Below are positions 10,321 to 18,357 of a stretch of 30,723 nucleotides of DNA, piece after piece; positions within the stretch are counted from its first letter, which is position 1, and the number at the start of each line of letters is the position of its first letter. The notes beneath the pieces are model-generated. The model was not told the DNA's origin, did not search any database, and was given only the letters and a program-made list of their open reading frames with translations. This DNA is from Candidatus Poseidoniaceae archaeon. Lineage in GTDB: Archaea > Thermoplasmatota > Poseidoniia > Poseidoniales > Poseidoniaceae. Both the position numbers and the translations under genes were made by a program. The DNA is taken from NCBI GenBank assembly GCA_013329925.1, contig DUJK01000121.1:1-30723 (forward strand). Reading direction: 5' to 3'.

Positions 10321-11673
10321 ATGTACCTCATTTCAGTCGAAGGAGGAGATGGTTCTGGCAAAGGAGAGGCAGCTAGGATAATTAGTGAAATTTTGAATGA
10401 CTTTCCATTTCCAAAAATACATTCAACTCACGAACCTAGACGGCATAGTGAACTAGGAAAATTAGCCCTTGAATCAGTAATGAAAGGAGATAAAACCCCA
10501 CTACAGGAAGCCGGTCTATTTGCAGCAGACCGATTAGACCATTCGCATACCATAATCAAACCGCTGCTTGAGAAAGGGCATATCGTGGTATCTGATAGAA
10601 ATATACATTCATCATTGATTTACCAAGGAATAGTTGGAGATTTAGGGATTGATGATGTTGTTAAAATGAATGCCGCTGCAATGGTACCAGATTTGGTGAT
10701 TTGGATTGATTGCGATCCTGCAAAAGCGATGAAAAGAATTCAATCTGGAACATTAAGAATGACTAGTAATAAACAGGAATATTTTGAAACTACTGAAATT
10801 CAAAAGCAAATACGCAATGGCTTTAGGGATTTATTATCAGGCAAAATTAAGGTACCCGAGCCATTTGATAAATGTCAGGTTGTTGGTCCGATTTTAAATG
10901 AATCGGGACTTGATGAATTAAAGAAAAAACTAAGTGATACTCTCAGGACTTTCTTTAACAAAAAACCATCTCCCTTAAACGTAGATAGCGACAAAGTAGA
11001 CAGATACTTACTTTCTAAAATGGTCGGCAACTTAGAAACTCAAACTAGACTCCCAGGTGCTCCTAAAAACATGACTGCTATACATGAAGGTTGGCTAGCA
11101 AATACCTCTCCGGCGAAATGGATGGAATTTGCAGAAAATAATTGGCCAAAAAAATCAGCTAAGGAATTTGATGTCCCAATTAATCCTTTTTCATTATCTT
11201 CATGGTCAATTCTTGGTTCTCTATCGATTATTGGAGGTTCAACTGAAGTTCCGAAATTGCATAAACTGCTTGGACCTCACAGAATGATCACTAGAAGACA
11301 TACCCAGCGTTTAGTTAAGTGGTTAGAAGAAGAAAAGTGGATTAACAAACAATTCAATCACGTACCATTTTCCGATGCTAAAGTATTCAAACTTAGAGAA
11401 GAGCGTTTAGGTTTTGGTAGACTCGCCTTGGCAATGTGGCCGCTAAGAACATCGATATCGTCATGGAGAAGGGCTAATCCTGATAGCAAATGGGAAGTAT
11501 GCCTTGAAGAGATTATTCAAAACAATCCAGCAAAAATTCCCGCTTATCAACTAAAAAAATGTGTTATAGACGTCATTGAAAGATTGGTAATACTTACCAG
11601 CGGACATCGGGAATGTCCGGTACCTAGTAGTACAGAAGAACTAATTATTTGGTGGAAAACCTTACCGCCTTAG
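10321..11673 (+). CDS. tmk: Thymidylate (dTMP) kinase with about 235 aa C-terminal extension
   Basis: EGGDGSGK P-loop, HEP, LFAADRLDH, SDRNIHSSLIYQG, PDLVIWID. ATG at 10321 is preferred over TTG at 10315 because GAGG lies 7 nt upstream. Confidence 0.85.
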   Translation: MYLISVEGGDGSGKGEAARIISEILNDFPFPKIHSTHEPRRHSELGKLALESVMKGDKTPLQEAGLFAADRLDHSHTIIKPLLEKGHIVVSDRNIHSSLIYQGIVGDLGIDDVVKMNAAAMVPDLVIWIDCDPAKAMKRIQSGTLRMTSNKQEYFETTEIQKQIRNGFRDLLSGKIKVPEPFDKCQVVGPILNESGLDELKKKLSDTLRTFFNKKPSPLNVDSDKVDRYLLSKMVGNLETQTRLPGAPKNMTAIHEGWLANTSPAKWMEFAENNWPKKSAKEFDVPINPFSLSSWSILGSLSIIGGSTEVPKLHKLLGPHRMITRRHTQRLVKWLEEEKWINKQFNHVPFSDAKVFKLREERLGFGRLALAMWPLRTSISSWRRANPDSKWEVCLEEIIQNNPAKIPAYQLKKCVIDVIERLVILTSGHRECPVPSSTEELIIWWKTLPP

Positions 11674-11674
11674 A

Positions 11675-12415
11675 TTACTCTTCTTCCACTAGTTGAAACT
11701 TCATTCCACCAGGTAAACTAACTTGTGATGCAGATTTGAAATATTTTGACTTAGCCGAATAAGTAGCACTAATCAATACCCCCAATCCAACTCCAAATCC
11801 AATTCCAGTAAGCGGGCGAGTTATGTTATTTGACTCATAAGAAGTTAATAATTGAGTAAAACCATCAATAATCAATGGTAAACAAAGGGCTAGACCGCAC
11901 AAAAGCCAAACTAAGGTTCTACGATTTTTTAGATAAGTCCCCTCTAACCAACTATCTGGCAATAATGACAGACAAGTATCTTTTACAGTCCAACGATTAT
12001 AGCCTTTTCTTGAAAACCAAAAACCTCCAACAGCAAGGCCGAAAAAGATACCTACATCTCTAGTACAAACCGGCATTTGGTTATCGTTTATAATCCAAGA
12101 TCTCTCGTATTTTTGATGACAGTTTAGGTCTCCAAAGCCATAGGCTAATGCTGAGTAAGGATCTAATTCAGTCCATGCAAAATCATTTTGCGAATTATCG
12201 TTTCCTGATGACCAAAGACCATCACTTGTTGCATAATCAAAGGCATTTGCTCTGGCTTCTAAAGGAGGGACTTCTCCAGTGCCAACTAACATAGGTGCAA
12301 CAAAAAATGATATGAAAAAGAAACCTGAAACAAAAAACACCCAATTCCCAACTTTCCTCTCTCGGTCACGAGAGGTCAATCCATTTTTGTTCACACCCAA
12401 CCTAACAAGAAGCAA
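11675..12415 (-). CDS. DUF2085-type integral membrane protein
   Basis: CHQxxERS, MPVCTRDVGIFFG, PLIIDGFTQL, SNNITRPLTGxxFG and several TM helices. The true start may be the GTG at 12394. Confidence 0.8.
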   Translation of the reverse strand: MLLVRLGVNKNGLTSRDRERKVGNWVFFVSGFFFISFFVAPMLVGTGEVPPLEARANAFDYATSDGLWSSGNDNSQNDFAWTELDPYSALAYGFGDLNCHQKYERSWIINDNQMPVCTRDVGIFFGLAVGGFWFSRKGYNRWTVKDTCLSLLPDSWLEGTYLKNRRTLVWLLCGLALCLPLIIDGFTQLLTSYESNNITRPLTGIGFGVGLGVLISATYSAKSKYFKSASQVSLPGGMKFQLVEEE

Positions 12416-12469
12416 CTTATAATTAATTCAGGTCAAAGTATTCTTCTATAATCCGGTTTTGGCCATATT

Positions 12470-13105
12470 ATGGCAGATGAAGATGGTGAGCCAGTTGGAC
12501 TCACCATGGGCTTTCAAGCAGGAGGATTAATCGGCCTTTATCTCGGTTTTTCTCTTGCAACAATTTCTGTACTTACCGACGCTGAGAATATTCAAAGAAC
12601 GATTTCTTTGATGTGTCTTCCACCGTTCATCTTTTCGCTCTTGCTAGGACCATTTTTGGCCAGAAGGAAGAAACCGGTAATCCTTACAAAAGAGCCGCTT
12701 ACTGAAGCGAGAGAAAAATTATCAAAGTACAATGAAGGACAAGGTAAATGGCGTACTCTAAGTCATATCTCAAGTGATGGAATGAACCTAAGAATCGATA
12801 TGCATAATCTTACCAATGTAGAGGGTGTAGTCGACGGTGCCCTAGAGATTGCCGAAACGACTACGGTAAAATTTATTGTTGGCAGAGGAAATCATAAGAG
12901 TTCATCACCAGAATTGAGAAATCGTGTTCTAAAAAGGGTCGAAGACAAAGTAGGAGTATTGCGAAGATCTCGTAAAGCCAAATCTATAGAAGTTAACCCT
13001 ATCGCCTCACATGAGTATAATGCTTACCAAAACAAATTAAACAGAATGCTCTTGATATTACTACCGATTGTTTCCTTTTTAGCTTGGCTAGAGATGAGAA
13101 ACTGA
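12470..13105 (+). CDS. Membrane-anchored Smr (small MutS-related) domain protein
   Basis: Two N-terminal TM helices, IDMHNL (DxH, residues 110-112), FIVGRGNH (GxG, residues 138-140), C-terminal TM helix. Confidence 0.72.
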   Translation: MADEDGEPVGLTMGFQAGGLIGLYLGFSLATISVLTDAENIQRTISLMCLPPFIFSLLLGPFLARRKKPVILTKEPLTEAREKLSKYNEGQGKWRTLSHISSDGMNLRIDMHNLTNVEGVVDGALEIAETTTVKFIVGRGNHKSSSPELRNRVLKRVEDKVGVLRRSRKAKSIEVNPIASHEYNAYQNKLNRMLLILLPIVSFLAWLEMRN

Positions 13106-13154
13106 GTAAACTAAGTTCAATAGATATTATTTATTCTCTACAATTAGTAAGGGC

Positions 13155-14072
13155 ATGCGCGAGGTTACCCTGTTTTGGAAAAGAACACGCCTTGCCAAAC
13201 TAGACATAGGAGGTATTGTCGACATATTTACCCAACTAGAGTTTGTATCTTATGTCAAAAGAGTTCCCAAAGATATCAGAATTATTCTAAAAGCAAATTT
13301 TTCCGAAGGCCATTCGCCAAAAGACATGAAGGAACTTCATTTCTTGGAGTTACTAGAAGTAATTCTTGAACCAAAAGATAGCTCAGATAGCTATATATTA
13401 CTGGCTAGGATAAACCACTCGGTATCTAATTTGAATGCTAGGACCAATGGGACAAGTGCAGTACCAGGTTGTAGATTAGATGGAGAAGGACTTACTTACA
13501 TAATTCAAGGACCGCCACTGAAACTACGTTTGGTTTCTACACTGGCAAGGTTAATCTCTCAGCCCGATCGAATTAGCGCTAGAAGTTTAGATTTCAATTC
13601 TACTTTAGACCGCTCAGTTCTTAATACAAAACAGTTGAAATTGGCAAAATATGCTTATGATAGGGGGTATTTTGACGTCCCTAAGAGGGTAAGAATTTCT
13701 GATTTAGCGACTGATATAGGCTTAGCAAGAGCCACAATTTCAGAACATTTGGCTAAGATTGAATCAATCTTGATGGATGATATGTTCTCCTCATTCGATG
13801 AAATTTACACCGATCCAAAGGTAGTAAAAAGCCTAATAGAAACCGTAGTCTTAGAATCCGAAAGTGAAGAACTGGACATTACGGATAACATGCTGTATAT
13901 TCTAAACAATATCAAAAAATCAATAAAAACTCAGTTAGGTAATTTAACTGAGGATTTGTATGAGGGTATTACTGGTGAGGAAATGATTGAATTAGCTGTC
14001 AAGGAACACCAAGAAAATCTTAGTTATATCGATGATGTAATCGAGGAAAAACTAAAATCTTCATCGAAATAA
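13155..14072 (+). CDS. Bacterio-opsin-activator-type HTH-10 transcriptional regulator with acidic C-terminal extension
   Basis: LNTKQLKLAKYAYDRGYFDVPKRVRISDLATDIGLARATISEHLAKIE matches the archaeal HTH_10 signature. Confidence 0.88.
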   Translation: MREVTLFWKRTRLAKLDIGGIVDIFTQLEFVSYVKRVPKDIRIILKANFSEGHSPKDMKELHFLELLEVILEPKDSSDSYILLARINHSVSNLNARTNGTSAVPGCRLDGEGLTYIIQGPPLKLRLVSTLARLISQPDRISARSLDFNSTLDRSVLNTKQLKLAKYAYDRGYFDVPKRVRISDLATDIGLARATISEHLAKIESILMDDMFSSFDEIYTDPKVVKSLIETVVLESESEELDITDNMLYILNNIKKSIKTQLGNLTEDLYEGITGEEMIELAVKEHQENLSYIDDVIEEKLKSSSK

Positions 14073-14109
14073 TGGGACCATTTACAAGATACGAGGTTAT
14101 ACCATTTTC

Positions 14110-15081
14110 ATGACCCGGACAGCCGACTTGCTTCGACGCCTGTCCAAAGAGGGCATAGATGTCCCAAAACATATCAAAAAGGCAATGCTAAAAGTGGATT
14201 TAGAAGACTTTACTGATTACGATGCTTCACCGTTTTATGCAGATAGACCTGTGCCCTACATAGAATCCAATTCTGGTAACATCAAAACTATCTCTGCACC
14301 TCATATGATTATCAGTCTACTACATCACATGGAATTAAATAATGACCAAGAAGTGATAGTGATTGGCTGTAAAGGCGGTTACCTAGCAGCACTGATAGCA
14401 ACTATTGTTGGTGAAAAGGGACGAGTAAATGTTCTAGATCCATCCTCTGAAGTTGTTGATTATACTAAAGAACGACTTTCGCATTGGCCAACCGTTGAAA
14501 TAAGGAAAATTGAAGATTTATCTGTTGCACCGGTTGCATTCCCCGGAGAATTTAACCGAGTAATTATGACTGGACAAATTGATGTTATCCCAAAGTGGGT
14601 CAAATCACGAATCTCAGATGGTGGATTTATTATCGCACCATTGGGCGATATAGATTCACAAAAACTTATGAAAATTGAGTACCAAGACCAATATGAACTT
14701 GAAACAGATTTAGGAAACGTATGCTTTGGCCCGATAGATGTTGACTCACAAATCGACCAACACTTACATCCTAAAGAGTTGGCAGACTTGATTGAATTAT
14801 CAATCGAAACCTGTGAGGAACTTGAAATAATTGACTTTGATGAGATGCAAAGTTTACAAGATTTGGTTGCTAAACTAAACAATTTACCTGATGACACCCC
14901 TCCAATCGGTGAAGGAGGGATACCGGTTTCACAGCACCCAATGGTCAAATTATTATGGCATTATTCACCATCATTCCTGAGGCTGTGGCCGATAATTCAA
15001 GTTATGTTGCATCCAATGATTGCTAACTTTGAATACAATATTATGGATGGTCATGATGAAGACCAAGATATTGACTGGTGA
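14110..15081 (+). CDS. pcm: Protein-L-isoaspartate O-methyltransferase-like protein (divergent SAM motif, C-terminal extension)
   Basis: AMLKVDLEDF, TISAPHM, IGCKGGYLAA, RVIMTG, DGGFIIAPLG. Confidence 0.75.
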   Translation: MTRTADLLRRLSKEGIDVPKHIKKAMLKVDLEDFTDYDASPFYADRPVPYIESNSGNIKTISAPHMIISLLHHMELNNDQEVIVIGCKGGYLAALIATIVGEKGRVNVLDPSSEVVDYTKERLSHWPTVEIRKIEDLSVAPVAFPGEFNRVIMTGQIDVIPKWVKSRISDGGFIIAPLGDIDSQKLMKIEYQDQYELETDLGNVCFGPIDVDSQIDQHLHPKELADLIELSIETCEELEIIDFDEMQSLQDLVAKLNNLPDDTPPIGEGGIPVSQHPMVKLLWHYSPSFLRLWPIIQVMLHPMIANFEYNIMDGHDEDQDIDW

Positions 15082-16073
15082 TGAAATTGGCCGATCGCTC
15101 CGCAATGGCATTACAACATCTCAAAAGTCGAGATGACCGGAAAAAGCGACGTGCTATAAGAGAACTTTTTGAAATCGACAATGAAGATAATTTGGAATCT
15201 TTTATTCCACTATTGGATGATAAAGATAATTGGTATCGAACCAAGGCACTAGATGCTTTCAAAACTTGGGCTAAGAGAAGGGATTTAGCCACACTAGGTG
15301 TCTTAATTAATCATCAAAAGATAGCGTATAACCGAGTTGCTGCTAATATGCTTCTAGCTTTCAAGGCTGAAGATCCTGAACTTGCCAAAATATTATTTAA
15401 CAAGGATGATTTGTTATGTAAAATTAAATCTTGTGAATATATTTTAAAGTGTGAGAATCAAGATGATTTTTTTGCCTCCGTCAAGAATCACGATTCGCCA
15501 AAAATTAGAGTAATAGCGTTAAATAGCAAATATGCCGATTCAACAATAGTTGAAAAAATGCTTGAGGATGAATCTAATAATGTAGTTCAAGCGGCATTAA
15601 AAAAATTACAGGATAGTAACGTGAAGTTATCATCAAAATCAATAACAACAATGCTCAAAAATGGCGTAGATCCAAAATTGATTATCCCTCATGCACTTTC
15701 TAATGACGAAAGTATTGTAACAACTCTAATTAAATCCCTTGATTCTAACGGTAAAAAGGAATTCGTTAAATATCTCAGAGAAAGATTTACTGAAATTGAA
15801 GATGATATAATTCAAATTCTTATTAATAAAAATCAATATGAGATTATTGGACGATGGTTACAGGGTAAACGAGGCGAAAAAGTCGACTCACTTAGGTGGG
15901 AAATTATTGGCCATGATGAAGTAAATGAAATCGAGAGGTGTCGATTAATTGAACGTCTATTCTCTCGAGCAAATGAACCTGAGATTATTGAACAAGCGGA
16001 AAAAATTGCTAACAATTCTACTAGCGAATTGATTAGAATTACAGCGCAGAACCTTTCAACCGCCGGCTCTTAG
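15081..16073 (+). CDS. HEAT/ARM-repeat alpha-solenoid protein
   Basis: Repeats such as LLDDKDNWYRTKALDAF, HDSPKIRVIAL, LEDESNNVVQAALKKL. The ATG at 15081 overlaps the pcm stop (TGATG). Confidence 0.75.
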   Translation: MKLADRSAMALQHLKSRDDRKKRRAIRELFEIDNEDNLESFIPLLDDKDNWYRTKALDAFKTWAKRRDLATLGVLINHQKIAYNRVAANMLLAFKAEDPELAKILFNKDDLLCKIKSCEYILKCENQDDFFASVKNHDSPKIRVIALNSKYADSTIVEKMLEDESNNVVQAALKKLQDSNVKLSSKSITTMLKNGVDPKLIIPHALSNDESIVTTLIKSLDSNGKKEFVKYLRERFTEIEDDIIQILINKNQYEIIGRWLQGKRGEKVDSLRWEIIGHDEVNEIERCRLIERLFSRANEPEIIEQAEKIANNSTSELIRITAQNLSTAGS

Positions 16074-16081
16074 AGCGATAT

Positions 16082-17902
16082 ATGGCTGATAATTCAGGGC
16101 TAACCTTCCGAATGGATGCGACGAAAGGCGAAACTCGTTTTCTAAATGTGCAAATTGAAATTGAGCCACCTTTTATCAAGAGTAAACTAGAACTAAAATT
16201 TCCTAGGTGGGTTCCTGGTTCATATTTTATCAGAGAGCCCATGCAATATCTAACTGACATAAGTTGTGTACAAGGTGAAACAAACCTGAAATTTATCAGA
16301 AAAGATGTTGATGCAGTTTCAATAAAGCATGTAAATAACAAACAGAATATCATTGTAAATTATAAAATCCTAGGAATTGAATTATCAGTAAGGTCAACAC
16401 ATATCGATCATAGTCACCTTCACATGATGCCCCCATTTACTTTCTTACTGCCAACATCCGGAATTGATGAAGCAAGAATGAATTTGCCGCATAATATTTC
16501 ATTACATGCACCAAGTGGTTGGAGTCCTGCAACTCAATTAACCGCAATAAGCAGTACAGAAAATTGTCTTAGCATCAACCAAATCAAAGGCGATACATTC
16601 AATCTACAAGCCGCAAATCGAGATGAATTATTAGATGGGATAATCGAAATAAATGCAATAGATAATATTTCATTCTCAGTTGATGGTCGAACTCATATTT
16701 TGAAATTATGGGATAGTGGGGGATACCAAACCGATCAACAAATGGTCACAAAGTTTGTTGATGATATGATTAAAATGGTTAAAGAATATCATGCGCTTTT
16801 TGGAAAACCCGATTGGGGTGATTATGTAGTGATATTACAATTAACCGAATCTTCTAGAGGTGGCTTGGAACATCTCAACTCACAAACTTCAATGTTACCT
16901 AGAATTTGTTTAATATCGGGACATGAAGATGAATACAAGGACTTAGTTAGCCTATTTAGCCATGAATACTTGCATCAATGGAATGTAAAGAGATTAAGGC
17001 CTAAGAACTTTGTAGACTATGATTTAACACAAGAAGTTCATACTACCCTATTATGGTGGTTTGAAGGATGTACATCTTGGCTTGGAGATATGTTGTGCGT
17101 AAGATCTGGCGCATGGTCAGAAGAGGATTGGCGAAAAGACATGGAAAGAAAACTTGGCCGCCATACAGTAAGAAACGGTATGGCTCATGAATCTCTTGCA
17201 GAATCAAGCCATGATGCTTGGATACACCTCTATAGAAGCCACAGCTTCTCTAGAGAAATACAAATATCATACTACCTAGAAGGAGAATTGGCAATATTCT
17301 GTATTGATGCCGAGTTAAGAAAGCGATCAAAGGGAAAATATGGAATTTGCGACCTTATGGTAAGGCTATGTGAAAAATATGCAATTGGCTATCCAAATGT
17401 TGAAAGAATAGGAATCGATTATCAAGACATTCGTAAAGAATTAGTTTCCATGGAGGGGGGTAGAAATCTGGGGATTCATTTGGATAAACTAATATTCGAC
17501 AAAAAGGTTCCAGATTTAGCAAGTGCGTTTGCTTTCTATGGACTAGAATTATCTTCAAAGAAGTCAAAAGATGACAAGTTGTCATCTGCTTGGTTAGGAT
17601 TGAATCTAGCAGTTAAAAATAATCGTATAATTGTCTCATCCCACCAAAATGATTCACCACTGAGAAATCTCATCATGCCTGGTGATGAACTGATTTCTAT
17701 CGATAAAATCAGACTAAAAAACATCAAATCAATGAAGAGCATATTATCAAATTTAGACCCAGAAAAAGTAGAGCTATGTTATACTCATGAAGGGATTGTA
17801 AAAACCGATATAATTAACCTAAGAGTAGAGCCAGATTTGAAAAGCAAGGTGTCTGGGAAAGGCAATAAGAAATGGCGAGATTACATCGCTTCAAGAATCT
17901 AG
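16082..17902 (+). CDS. M61-family (glycyl) aminopeptidase with C-terminal PDZ domain
   Basis: PRWVPGSY, GGLEHLNS, HEYLHQWNVKRLRP (HExxH), LWWFEG, YYLEG, PDZ-like WLGLNL...GDELISID. No signal peptide. Confidence 0.93.
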   Translation: MADNSGLTFRMDATKGETRFLNVQIEIEPPFIKSKLELKFPRWVPGSYFIREPMQYLTDISCVQGETNLKFIRKDVDAVSIKHVNNKQNIIVNYKILGIELSVRSTHIDHSHLHMMPPFTFLLPTSGIDEARMNLPHNISLHAPSGWSPATQLTAISSTENCLSINQIKGDTFNLQAANRDELLDGIIEINAIDNISFSVDGRTHILKLWDSGGYQTDQQMVTKFVDDMIKMVKEYHALFGKPDWGDYVVILQLTESSRGGLEHLNSQTSMLPRICLISGHEDEYKDLVSLFSHEYLHQWNVKRLRPKNFVDYDLTQEVHTTLLWWFEGCTSWLGDMLCVRSGAWSEEDWRKDMERKLGRHTVRNGMAHESLAESSHDAWIHLYRSHSFSREIQISYYLEGELAIFCIDAELRKRSKGKYGICDLMVRLCEKYAIGYPNVERIGIDYQDIRKELVSMEGGRNLGIHLDKLIFDKKVPDLASAFAFYGLELSSKKSKDDKLSSAWLGLNLAVKNNRIIVSSHQNDSPLRNLIMPGDELISIDKIRLKNIKSMKSILSNLDPEKVELCYTHEGIVKTDIINLRVEPDLKSKVSGKGNKKWRDYIASRI

Positions 17903-18306
17903 CTTAATTCTTCTAGAGTAACTAAAATTGGTGGAAGGTCATAGATTACCACATGTTTGGTAGTTTTAGGCGGATATAATTCATTACCCAAGCACATCTC
18001 TATGACCTCTGCTTTGTCGATTGATTCAATATTAGCATTAGGCCATAATTCTAGGCTAATTAATTCTGAATTAAGATAATCAAGGCAAATGGCTGGTATC
18101 AATTTCAATCCAAGTTCTTTTGCGACCGATAACCGGTGATGTCCATCGAGTAATGCACCAGTGTGAGTGTCTACCAGTATTGGTTTGGTAAAGCCTCCCC
18201 ACCTGTTTGTCATATCAAGAAGTTTGTCTCTAGGCTTAACCTTAATTTCTTCATGTGGTTTAAGCCAATTTACAGGTACTAACTTAACGTCCTCTTCAGT
18301 CCACAT
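17899..18306 (-). CDS. ParB/sulfiredoxin-fold protein, SerK/SbnI-like minimal kinase
   Basis: LKPHE, KPILVD, LDGHHR, LDY..W, PPKTTKH. Confidence 0.8.
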   Translation of the reverse strand: MWTEEDVKLVPVNWLKPHEEIKVKPRDKLLDMTNRWGGFTKPILVDTHTGALLDGHHRLSVAKELGLKLIPAICLDYLNSELISLELWPNANIESIDKAEVIEMCLGNELYPPKTTKHVVIYDLPPILVTLEELS

Positions 18307-18357
18307 AGAACTGGGAACAGTATTTCAAGGATAATACTTTGGCAGCAACCAAAGGGA

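Noticed and set aside
14460-14948. 162 aa - strand ORF
   Set aside because: Antisense shadow of the pcm-like gene.
17899-18306. Plasmid or chromosome partition ParB
   Set aside because: It has no HTH or dimerisation domain and no parA neighbour; the motif set fits the SerK/Srx-type catalytic core better.
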